Shown here: in pieces, positions 13,653 through 25,635 of the stretch | How positions within the stretch are numbered: the first letter of the stretch is position 1 | Layout: every line of letters begins with the position of its first letter | DNA from: Asterias rubens | Lineage: Eukaryota | DNA: 64,000 bases | Assembly (NCBI RefSeq): GCF_902459465.1 | Contig: NC_047074.1 | Location: 1,984,001-2,048,000 of the forward strand | Reading direction: 5' to 3' | Translations under genes and position numbers: made by a program | Notes under the pieces: model-generated | The model's database searches: none | What the model was told of the DNA's origin: nothing | What the model saw: only the letters and a program-made list of their open reading frames with translations

Positions 13653-14024
13653 GGCAGTGGACACTATTGGTAATTGTCAAAGACTAGCCTTCACAGTTGG
13701 TGTATCTCAACATATGCATAAAATAAAAAACCTGTGAAATTTGAGCTCAATCGGTCATCGAAGTTGCGAGATAATATCGAATGAAAAATTACTCTTGTCA
13801 CACGAAGATGTGCGTTTACATGGTTGATTTCGAGACCTCAAGTTCTAAATCTGAGGTCTCGAAATCAAATTCGTGGAAAATATACTTCTTTCTCGAAAAC
13901 TATGGCACTTCAGAGGGAGCCGTTTCTCACAGTGTTTTATACCATTAACCTTTCCCCATTACTCGTGACCAAGAAAGGATTTATGCTTATAATTATTTTG
14001 AGTAATTACCAATAGTGTCCACTG
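13653..14024. mobile_element. Kolobok-like MITE (AGGCAGTGGACAC family)
   Basis: Matches the consensus shared by more than 15 copies in the window (internal gatttcgagacctcaa..gaggtctcgaaatc palindrome and cagagggagccgtttctcacaatg). Confidence 0.85.
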
Positions 14025-14159
14025 GGACGAGCGAACTTCGGCTACGGCATGGCTGTCAGCACTGAAGAACAGGCCTTGCCCGTTAGCTCGCCCGTTGACC
14101 TTGGCTATAGAGGCCACTCTCTGGCGCTATTCGCGAGCCTCCAAGTGTAAAGACGTCAG

Positions 14160-14312
14160 GAGTGCGTTTTGGCGACCCCAACCAAAAACTGTTTCGGTTG
14201 TTGGTCGTTGGTTCTGCTGTTCAGACTGAACGATAACCGAGTTGTGAGCTCGGTTACCGTTTTGGTTATGACGTCAGAAACAGTTTTTGGTTGGGGTCGC
14301 CAAAACGCACTC
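14160..14312. mobile_element. Small MITE with 36-bp TIRs and CAG target duplication (PIF/Harbinger-like)
   Basis: cag|gagtgcgttttggcgaccccaaccaaaaactgtttc ... gaaacagtttttggttggggtcgccaaaacgcactc|cag. A related terminus occurs at about 44200-44228. Confidence 0.75.
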
Positions 14313-14787
14313 CAGATGTTCAAGAAGCAGTAGCCTGGACATCTGACGTCCAACGTCGAGGCTCGTGAATAAGACAGGGGCCCAGTCTAAGGACGCAGTT
14401 GCTCGCCGTTTAAACTTCAACAGCGCCCCCTGTCGACACACAAAGGGGAGGGATATAAAGAACAAAGTGTATTGTTGGCACACATCACGACGCTCTTTCA
14501 AGTGAATAATTGTTCTGGGGACGAAATACAGAGTAATAAAGCTCGATGGTCGTACGCCCCACACCGCCCTCATTAGGCCTACACACAAATTGTTTTTGTC
14601 GTCCTGATACAAACAACGTTGTTGTGGTGAGTGAGCCGCCGTTTGGTTAAATTTCACAACTCTCAAAACGAAGTGACTAGTGGGTGGGACAGCCGACAAA
14701 CGTAACATGCAGTTTATGTCCAAATCCATTGCGAGTGACGTGTTGCAGAAACCGCGAAGTAGCTTGGCTGGACATTATGAGTGTCAA

Positions 14788-15138
14788 AGGCACTGGACAC
14801 TATTAGTAATTGTCAAAGACCAGGAGGCCTAATATTCTCACTTGGTGTATCCAAGTATGCATAAAATAACAAATCGTTGAAAAATTCTACTCAATTTGGT
14901 CATCGAAGTTGCAAGAAAACACTCAAAGAAAAAAATTGTTGCACACATGCTCTCATAATGTGCCTAAAAGGGACTTCAAAACATGAAGTCTCAATTTCCG
15001 TTTTTTCAAAAACGTTTTTGTTTTCAGTAGAGGGAGCTTTACAGTGTGCTATACCATCAACAACTCTCCGTTGCTTGGTATACCAAGTAAACTTGTATTC
15101 TTACAATTTTGAGTTATTACCAATAGTGTCCAGTGCCT
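14788..15138. mobile_element. Kolobok-like MITE (AGGCACTGGACAC family)
   Basis: Both TIRs are present and the right end is followed by TTAA. Confidence 0.8.
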
Positions 15139-15689
15139 TTAAATGCACACAGCAAACGTTTGGGGAGGAAAAACAGAGCACAGCTGCATAAAGAGATTCC
15201 AACAACCAAAACAAGCCCGAGTACAAGCCTGAGTTTAAAAAATAGAAAATAAAAATAATAAACGTTCAAAACTTTATGCAATTATTCCGTCTTCAACGCT
15301 AGTTGTACGATGTACTTCCCGGACCCCCACCCCTTTTATGATATCTTTATAAAATACTAAAAAACTTGGGGTGAACGTTAATTTATTCTTCCCAAAACAA
15401 TGCTGTACTTTTCCTGTTAATAATAACTGTCGATATCGTTTGCTTTTCTGTGAAATTGCAGCTCCGGGGACCAACACACAATGCTGGCAGTAGTAGCACC
15501 ACAATACCCATCGTGCATCGTTCGCGTGAATGGGGCATCCACGCAGCAACAAATATCTGATACTATGTCTCACGAACGTCGCAGGGGACACAAAGCTGAC
15601 AGCCGCCCCTACAAAACAGAGTCATTAGCCCCTTAAGACAGCCTTAAGACTGCCGCATTAATGTCATTATAACCCGTCATTAAACACAC

Positions 15690-17160
15690 CTTATGTGAAG
15701 GCGTTTGCCAGACAATGGGTCCACAGCCGTGGGTTGGGGACGCCTCTACTTCGGGGCAGCCCGGCGCTGCTCGTCCCCAAACTGGTAAATCTCAACCCGT
15801 TAAAGAGGTACTTATCACAAAGCGTGTTGCGACTGCGTGGAACCTGCCTTAAACCAGGGACTCTACAAGAACACATCAAAAATGCCATCCTCAAAAAATG
15901 CTACTGCTGTTTTTTCCCAAGGCCGACCCCCTTTAAAAGGGATGTGGCCAGATTTTACGTGCGTGACGTCAGACTGTTGCAGGACGTCCATGTATGGATT
16001 CCTAATTGGTCTAAAGAAATTCACGTATACTCGTGTTGTTACGGATGGTAGGCTAAAATATACATGCGACCGGTCCCATTTGCGAACGTTGGTCCTTATT
16101 GTAAAAGTGCACTGCATCTAAATCAGTTAATTGCAATATTCGCATATGGGCTAATTGACTACAATTCGGTAACTTGTGACGTTGCGCGCAAAGTGTCTGT
16201 TTCATAAAACCATGCACCTTTAAACATCGAACCAGTCTACCAGGTGCGAGTCTTTTTTTTATAGTGGCAGGAGCACACGTGGTTTTGTAAGTGATAATAC
16301 TAACGTTGCAATCACCGTTATTGCATGACTGTGAGTGATGCACACACAAAATAGGAACTTGGTGAACTGCCAGCTATTATGGTGTGTTGGGGGGGATATT
16401 ACCCCCTATGAAGACTGGCTCCCAGCCACTGACGCCACTGCTCCCTCCGAGGAATTCGTCAGGAATCCAGACTGGGTTTATAAATTCAACATTTACCCAC
16501 AATGCTTATGTAAACTCTTGAAGTGTCGTCTGCCTCCACTACTACTTTCTGAAGGGATGTCATTTGGAAATCAGATCGCAGTTCGTCGACATTTATTTTT
16601 TTCTCAACTGGCGTTTGTAAAACCTGACTGTGGATTTAACACCAGCGTTGCCATCAACACATAGAGAACTGATTGACGATTTTGTGTGAAACCTGGAATT
16701 TCAGAGACGGACAAAACTTTGTCACCAGTTCAAATACTTTTCAAAGGTGAGTTCAATGCCTATTGTAATCTATCATCTTTTAACCATTTTCATTGTTCAA
16801 TTATAAATGCTAGAATATTATTTTTTCACATAAAAATTTTATTGTTCATTCACTGCGAGTTTAATTACCAAAGCGGAATCTTTCAAAGTATGTTCTGATA
16901 GCGTATTCGTCTTTGAAAGTTCCCGACGTTTCATGCAGTTTTTTTATGTCTTCACGGGCACTGTTGAGAATTTATATTGGGATTCAAGGGTGTGGAAAGT
17001 CCCTATCGCTGTTTGAGTCTTTGTTTTATTAACTCTTAATTCGCATAAATAGTTTATCAGGGTTGCTCTTTTGCAGTCCTCAATCGTCACTTCTTCAAAT
17101 CTAGCACCCGAAATTCTCTCAATATGCTTCTTTTTTAGTTTTAGTTTTCTTATCAGGGTC
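15690..17160 (-). pseudogene. Tentative decayed gene remnant with DM9/DUF3421-like motifs
   Basis: Frameshifted minus-strand fragments: GWEPVFIGGNIPPNT/IIAGSSPSSYFVCASL, RLAPGRLVRC and YMDVLQQSDVTHVKSGHIP. These resemble the DM9 pattern W-x4-GG-x-IP-x-NA-x2-G...PGK...YEVL by eye only. Many stops and frameshifts. Confidence 0.25.
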
Positions 17161-18143
17161 TTCGTTGATACTTTTTGTTTTAATATTATTAATTTTACCC
17201 AAATTAATATGTGATCTGTTTGTTTGCTTGTTTTGGGGGGTCTTTGTTTATTTGATTGGTTATTTATTTATTTATTTTTTTCTTCTTCTTCTTCTTGTTC
17301 CTCTCAATATCATTCCTCCTACCGACATTCATTTTGTTTCTTAAGACTTCGTACTTTGACCGACTCCGGTCTCCATTTTGTGTTAATAATTAAGTGAATT
17401 TATTCTCTTAAAAACGTTACTGGTGTTTCTCTAAGGACTAAATAAGTGGTGCATTCGGTGAAAAGGCAGGGCTTCATCGACCCCCCCCCCCCCCCCCCCC
17501 CCACCCTCTTCGGTCACTCTTGTAGATGTAGATAAAACAAAAAAAGTTAATCTTAAAATGAAAATGTCAATGCGTCGATAAAGTTTTGTCGACTCATTCT
17601 TTGACTCAAGTTTTCATTCGCGTTGATTATTCCAACCCCCACCCCCCCCCCCCCCGAAATCACAAGCTTGCTTAATTTCACGATGGATTTTATGGGGAAT
17701 ATAGAAGAACTTTGCCAACCCTATCGCCAGCCCCAGTGCACTCACTCCTCCTACAAACCATTTACTAAACAAAACAGTAGCACTCTCAGTGGGCATTTCA
17801 TGCCTTATAGATGATCAAACAGCTGACATACCAACGCCAACAAAAAAAATCGACTCCAAAGTTGCGTTCACCCCCAAGTGATATACCCTAACTGTCAAAG
17901 TTGTATATGGAAGTCGTCTATCTACCACCACCGGAGGGACACGGAGTCTCGGCGGAGAGCCTCCGGTTCTAGCCGCCTTGAGCACCCAAACCCCGCCACC
18001 CGTAACTGTCAAAACATACAACACGTATAGTATCGCTTAGACCAAACTCCCCCCTTTCTGTCACACAACTAACGCGCGCTCGAGCTACCATTCCACGCGA
18101 GCTACCCTCAACGACTGTTCCGTGTTTACGAGTCAATCTAGCC

Positions 18144-21100
18144 ATGCACGTAAATAATTGTGTACGCCGCCAACCCCAATGCATGCCTGTCAAAACGCAA
18201 GCCGCTCGCTTGTCATAATTGTGACGGTCTGATGGCATGAATCACGATGGTCCGTAATGTGTTTACAGCATACATTTTTTTATAGGGGATGGTTTTTTTT
18301 TTGCGGCTGGGGAACGAACAAGTGCAGGGTGAAAAATAAATGACGGGTAGACTTTTAACCGTACGCTGTCCACATGAGTGCGTTAAACTTTACCAAACCT
18401 GAACAGAATACCACAATGTTAAATTGAGAATATAAAATTAGCTGTTGCAAACAACTTACCAACAAATGGACCCGATGATTTAATATAAATGCAAAATAGT
18501 TAATTGCCTAACGTTTCGACCCTAGCAGACATTAACTATTTTTTGCACAATCTTAAATTGAGTTCTCTTTCAGGAAAGAATGCAAAATCAATGTTTTTTT
18601 TTTTTGTTTTTTTTTAAAAGCCTTCTACCATTTGCGGTTCGTTAGTTTACTCTCTATACGCGCTTGTACGTAAAAATATCTTCACCTTTAAAGTGCCGGT
18701 TCGTTGCATGTGAACAACCCCCTTCAGTTTGCGGCCTGCCGATTTCTACCTTAGTCACATTGAAACTTGAAATAAGCAATTAATAAACCGTTATACAAGT
18801 CAGTTAGGGTGACACGCCCACAAAATATTGTCGTTCTGTACTTTGTCACTGTTTATATTTTACAAACTTTAATATTTAAATATCAATTTCTTTCAACTTT
18901 GTAATTTTGTGCTCAATGTGTGTTGGATGGGTACACCCCCCTACCCCTTATATATTGTGTTTTCATTGTGTTTTGGAATCTCATGGAATTCTCTAAAGGA
19001 TTTTTAGGAGAGATAAGCATGTGCAAGAGGAAGACTGGTGTGTTTTGGAAGTATGGGAACATCGGGGGGGGGGGCACACTCTACCACAATATCAGGCACT
19101 ATATGAGAGCTCGTTGCATATGTTCATTTTGTATCGCTGGTGTCTTTCTTTCTCAGACTATTGGTGTCATGCTTATCATGTCAAGCTTCATATCGCTGCT
19201 CATCACATCTTCGCTGGTAGCCGTCACATACGCAACACCATCCGGCTTAAGAAGACCACGCAATGGTAAGACATTATTTTTTCTTAATAACACAGTTAAG
19301 AAGTCATTTTGTTTTGACGTGAATATTTTCTCTTTTTTCCATCCCGACCTCATGGCTTTTCAGTTTTATTGGAGGGTATACAGTGCGCTCCCGCTGGCAT
19401 TGGCTTTCCCCGTATAAAAGCATTGGATAACTCAAAATAATTTTTAGCATAACAACTTAATTGGTAACGAGCAGTGAAGAGCTGTTGGTAGTATAAAACA
19501 TTGTGAGAAACGGCTCCCTCTGAAGAAACGTAGTTTTTTTCAGAAAATGGTTTCTCACTCAAATATCTCAGGCCTGAAGCCTTACTTCGACGACCAATTT
19601 AGTCAACATTTTCACACGATTTATTATTAATTTATGCATTATGTTGGGATACACAACATAAAAATACTGGTCTTTGACAAATACCAAAGGTGTCCAGTGC
19701 CTTTAAATATTGCCGGCTTGCGGGTTACGCTAAAGTTCATTACCCTTAAGTAACGGCAGATTGTGAAATCCACTATACGTTCCATCCTGTGTTATACTAC
19801 TATTGCAACAGGTTGGTTGGGGTGGGGTAGGGCACTTCCTCCATAGGGTTAGGGGAGATGGATGTGCGAGGATGGTCTATCACACCCAGGGTCTGACGAC
19901 CCATCAATCAACCTGTCATCTCACTCAGAGATGTGACAGTCGCTATTGAAACCCGTCCCTCTGTGTGCTATGTGACGAATCACAGAAAATCTCTCTCTCT
20001 GTTCAACGTTAACAATTCTTCCAAGACACAAATCCTAGTCGATGTAAACATAAAAATGAACAACAAGAGAGTGGTAATTTAGTGTTGTCTCCACACGTGT
20101 GTAAGGCTTCTGGCTACAGACAAATAAAGAAAAAAAACGGACACAAAACAACACCAGTCTTGTGTCAAAACATCATCTTTAAAAAACTTTAACAATGGAC
20201 TACCAGGGGTGATGGGGCGGGCCGTTTCGAGAGCGCTTTCACCCGGGGACATTGTTGTCCGTGTTGGGGTCTTTTTACCATGTTGGCTGCTCGGTGTCTA
20301 GTGGCGGGGTAACTGGTGACCAATTGTCGCTCTTGCTCAGTGTTTTTGTTGTAATGACACACGACGGAGCAGAAAGGGGTACTGTTGGAAGGAACCGGAC
20401 TGGCTGGAGACTGGGTCTCATGCTGGGTGGAGCGGGTCTTCCTTGGAAGAGGGGAGACCACTGCCGGGGAATCGTTTAAGCGGAAAGTCTTCCATCATTT
20501 TTATTTTTTCCAAGCAATTGACCTGGGAAAAACAAGTTAGTGGTGAGATGCTCTGGAATTTTGACTATGTACCACAAAGCTTGTCACCCCAGTTTAAAGT
20601 CGGCGTAACTACTATACATATCCGTCTTTAAACTTTCTTAACTTCAACAATAACTATCATGGTTTGACGGCGGTTGTGTATATTTTTCTTTGCTCAACCC
20701 AAAAATATTTACAAGTTTCCCTTGTGTTTTGTTACATCAAAACTGTTTGACACTGCAATGTAAATAATATAATAAATGAATAAATAATGAATTTCTTAAA
20801 AAACATATTTTAACATAGAAACCAATCGATTCAATCATCACATTATATTGAGCAACCCAGGGTTGAATAACTGTGCGTAGTTTTCACAGCTAAAGCCACT
20901 GGACACACGTTTGGTAATTATTACCAAAGACCATTTCTCACTTGGTGTATCCCAACTTATGCATAATATACAAACATGTGAAAATTTTTACTCAATTGCT
21001 CATCAAAGTTGCAAGAGATTTTTGCAATTTGTGATTTAAGTAAGAAATTACCCCTTTCTTGTAAACCACGTTACTTCATAGGGAGCCGTTTCTCGCAATG

Positions 21101-24100
21101 TTTTATATTACCATTACCAACAACTCTCCGTTGCTCGTTACCAAGTAAATTTTCCCTAACAATTGTTTCGAGTAATTAGCAAAAAATGTCCAGTGCCTTT
21201 AAATATCTTGAGTACTTTCCAAGTCGATCCTGCTCTTAGACTTTGTTGACAGTTGCAAGTACTTGAAACAAGATATAAAACCTTGTTTAGAAAACCGAAA
21301 AAAATATTTGGTGGAGCGCGGCGGCAGGTCTACCCTCGCCCGGAACGAAAGTCACTGAGCCTCGGTCTCCCGCTTCACCCCCGGGTCACGGCTAGTGCCA
21401 AATTAGCGCCCGTGACTCGTGCCCTTTCCCTGGGATATGTGGGCTAAACGGGGCACCGGCGGGGCTGCACAATGACTTTGTAAATATTCGTCTCACTATA
21501 CTCCTTAACTGTCGAGTTGTGTCATGGGCATGACACAGTCAGCCCGGTTATGAAAATAATCACAAAGTTGACACTCGGCATGCACTCTGTGTCGCCACAT
21601 GCAATTTAGTTTTGATTACTGCATATGGAGAAAATGTTTCTGTTTTTTCGGCCAAGCTGGCGAAAATAAATCATAAATTTAACTTTCCTTTTGCAAGTCA
21701 AAGCAGGGAACAACCGTCAGGCAATTTTGCGCAGCGAAACGTTTTGACTGACATAACTTCTTTGGGTACACACTGAATCTTAGTAATGACTAGCAAATTG
21801 GTGATTTTGTGTAGCATTTTGCTCCGCCGTACAAAGGAAGTCATTCTCGGCGAAGATGGAGTATAAAACAACAGTTCCACAACATGTTTTGAAGAGCGCG
21901 AGTGTTGTGTACTTGGATCAATAGTTCTTTTTACGGACTGAAAGAAGATGCAACTTTACCCTCTAGACAATCTGATGTAAAGGGAGGTTCAATCCCATAG
22001 TAACATTGAATACATACTATCATTTTCTAAGATGGGTATGATAGAAACAAATGATTTAAAACCAGTAAATTTATCTGATCAATAAGTTGTGAAGTCCGCT
22101 GAAGCCATGTGTCGTACATCCAACATTATTTACTTACAGTGTTTATAAAGGGTAAGATACATACACAAAATTGTCTGGTACTATTTCATCTTTAATAGGA
22201 GCTCAGCCGTCGATTTTGCCAAACTCTTCCAAACTTAGGATTATTCTTAGGACTTGGGATGAGTTAAGTTCCGTATCCGGATCCATAAACATTTATAGAA
22301 CGCATTGAACTATCCTAAAAAGTTAGGACAAGCATGGGACAAGTTACTCTCCTAACTCGAGATGGGATCGATCATAATGAGGCTAATCCTAGCGTTTCGT
22401 GAAATCGGTTGCAGGCTCACCAAAATAACCAACTGGGCATACCTCCCCTTTAAATTGAAAAGGTCAATAAACTGAATCGGGAGTTAAATGACGAGACTAT
22501 ATAAACTTGACCACCAACAACGTCTCCGGAAAAAAACACTATAATGAAAATCTCGTTCAAGATGGTAGATCCCACTTGAGAAACCCGCCACCCAGCCGAG
22601 GCAGTGCGGGCGCCAAGTCTATAAGTGCCGCTCCTATAGTTTGTTATGGTATATGATGGGCCAGTAAAAATGATGGCTGGCCCACTTATTGAAGATTAAT
22701 TAAAATAAGGAAGAAGGGGGATATCAAAATATCGGTCGACCACAAGACGGGAATCTGACGGATTTCATTTCTATCGTGATTTCATCCTCCTTTTGAGCGG
22801 TTTTTCGGCTAAACTTGAGATTGGGAGTGACGTGGAGTGGTTTTGGGTGTTCCTGACCGCGTTCTGTCGTCTTGATTTTGACGATCTTTTTAACGGCATG
22901 GAAGAAAATGAAGATATCAAATCTACCGCCGCAGTAGATAGCAGATACCGTTGATGAGTTCGTAGCCGCGCAGTCATCCGTGATGTTTGAGAAGTCTAAA
23001 AATACAGACGACTTCCTGTTACTTTTTTATGTTGCATACCGCAATATCCCACTTGAAATTCTGACGGCTTCATTTATTTTATTATATTTGAGCAACAGTA
23101 TTTCGGAAGAAAAAATGGAATGGCACACACAAGTTTTCTAAAATGTTTGTGGTTTGGCCGTACAAACACATTTGTATTCAGTCCCCTTAATGTTGATACT
23201 ATAAACGGACAAAGGCAAACTATGTAATTTTTGGAAAATGACCTTCAGCAAAGGGTTCATTTAACTCCAGCTAAACTAATGGATCAATTTTACGACCAAG
23301 CGGCGCTCTATAATTTTCAGTTAACGAACTTTTTATGGCTGTTTATTTGACTAATTGAAACGTACAATTTCAATATAAGTAAAAAAAATAAAAAATAAAA
23401 TTGAGCCGTGCAGTGTGTTTGAAATAACAACTGTACGATTGGACTATTTGACTGTCAGTATGAAGAAAGTTTCCTTCCGAAACTTTAAAGTACCGTCAAA
23501 TCCCAGAGCCCTAACGTAAACACAACCCCTCCCCATAAATGCCGCAACCCAACCCACCTTCACCCAGCCTATCATCACGACCACGCCCCCACCATTATGC
23601 GCCGTTCAATGCCGACGGCCGTTTAATGTACCAATTGATACACACACTACGAGCCCTAAAATCGACTTCATAGAGCTGATATAAGCACAACAGTAGCTAA
23701 GCACATCAACATGGTTACCGGGATAATGCTACGTGCAATTTGTGATCAGTATCCAGCCCATTTCTGCTAAGCAGAAAGTCGTTATAATTTTCTGCTTATC
23801 TGCAGCTCTATGAAATGGGCCTGGGTACCATTCATCTTGAGTGTGCTACGTCACAGTGATCAATAGAGATATTCCGAGGAATTGTTTTGTTCCATTGTCC
23901 TGCCCAAGATCTTCAAGCGAAGACAATGACATGAATTTGAAGTGTTTGTTCTTCTTCCTCTTCTTCTCCTCATTGAGGAATGATTCTTACTCCATGTTCT
24001 TTTGATGCGTAAACCTTAACAGCGCACAGTATACGCTGTTGAATGAATGATCTGGAGTTTCTTTGTCCATTGTCCTTCCGCTCCCCCAAGATCTTTCAAG

Positions 24101-25604
24101 CGACAATTTCAATTACAAGTATTTTTTCTTCGTTCTGAACCATGTCCACAAACCTTTGCAGCGCATAGTCGTTATTGCATGTCCTGGAATTTCGTTGTCC
24201 ATTGTCCCTGCTCTACATCTTCTATAGCGATAAATAATGACATGAATTTGAACTATTTTCTCTTCCTATACACCCGGTGTCCACAGATGATGTGTGTAAC
24301 TTCGGCAACGCACAGTACGCTGTTGGCGATAGCTGGCACCCATACCTCCGACCCAACGGGATAGACTACTGCATACTGTGCTCGTGCCACGCTGCTGGGC
24401 AGGTACGGTGCGACGGTAGGACGTGCCCCCATCTTACCTGTACGTATCCCAGGAGGATACCTGGACAGTGCTGCCCGACGTGTGCATCAGGTAAGGTGAA
24501 CAAAACTAACTGAAAGAGAGATTTGAAATAGGTCAAATTTCGGTTACAGTCATGTTTATCCGGTAAAATAAAAAGCAAACTGGAAGAGGTAGTGGTAAAA
24601 TTTCCGTATTATCCTGCCATCCTTTTTTACAAAAAGGGAATAATATTTCATTTTGATTAATTAGATACTATTTTATTGCATACCAAATGAAAAGTAGGTC
24701 AGGATACGAAAACTTTTCAGAGAGAAAAATGTCCGCATGCTGCCAACACTTTTTCATTATTTACTCAAAACTGAGATCATATTCCTTTTCTTTTGGTAAA
24801 AATGAGTGACAATGTGATGGCAGGATACGTTATCTTTCCCGTGGCTTGTTAAAATGCTTACCACTTTTTCAATGTTGCTTTACGCAGGGTATGAAACAAC
24901 AACAGAACAACCGATGACGTCACCACAGCAATGTCAGTATAAAGGCCTGGAGTATCACCACGGTGCTATGTTTTCAGCGACGGATATTTTCCGATCAAGG
25001 CGAGAGGACCAATGTGTTCAGTGCAGTTGCTCGGTAATGGTTTATAGCAATCCTGCCATTGTTTTTTCTTCTTATTATTCTTCTTCTGTTCTTGAGAAAT
25101 TAAAACACTTTATAAAGGGTTTTGATACTTGTTGTACCGTCCACAGATTTCCATTAAACATAACGGCTTAAAGGTTATGATGAAATAAAGCTTTCCTTAA
25201 CTATTACCTGCTGTCTGTGCTGAGGTGATGTAGTGTTTGAGAAATGAGTAAAGCAAGTCATGAAAACAATTGTCTTATTAGACACAAAATATATTACCAT
25301 GTACAACGTTACGCGACTCTCTTAGAAACATTTCTCTGTGATTTTTATTTTTTTCTAAAAAACTTGACGACTTACGAAGCTGAAACTTTTACAAGATACA
25401 TACATTTTCATTCACTGATTTGGAATTATTTTCATGGCCCAAAACTTGATCGAAAAGAGGTATCAAACCCATTATTACGAGCTGAAACTTTAACTGCTTT
25501 AATTTGTCTTGTAACATTGCTGTTAAAAATGACCTTGTTTTTAGGTTTATATAGCAATCGTGTTAGTAACGGTCTTGATTATATATATATATATATATAT
25601 TATT

Positions 25605-25635
<31 letters not shown>

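Noticed and set aside
13824-14015. Recurrent short ORFs (also 14877, 30643, 38821, 38888, 55904, 58809)
   Set aside because: All are translations of the same non-coding MITE family.
15660-16750. Endogenous densovirus/parvovirus or CRESS viral element
   Set aside because: No SF3 helicase Walker motifs, HUH motifs or PLA2/capsid signatures could be read in any frame.
17481-17502. Long poly-C run as a G-quadruplex regulatory element
   Set aside because: Similar homopolymer runs are scattered through the window, and nothing in the sequence distinguishes this one from simple slippage repeats.
18920-19417. 165-aa ORF as a stand-alone gene
   Set aside because: Only 19157-19265 is exonic (the chordin-like signal peptide). 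The rest is intron read-through.
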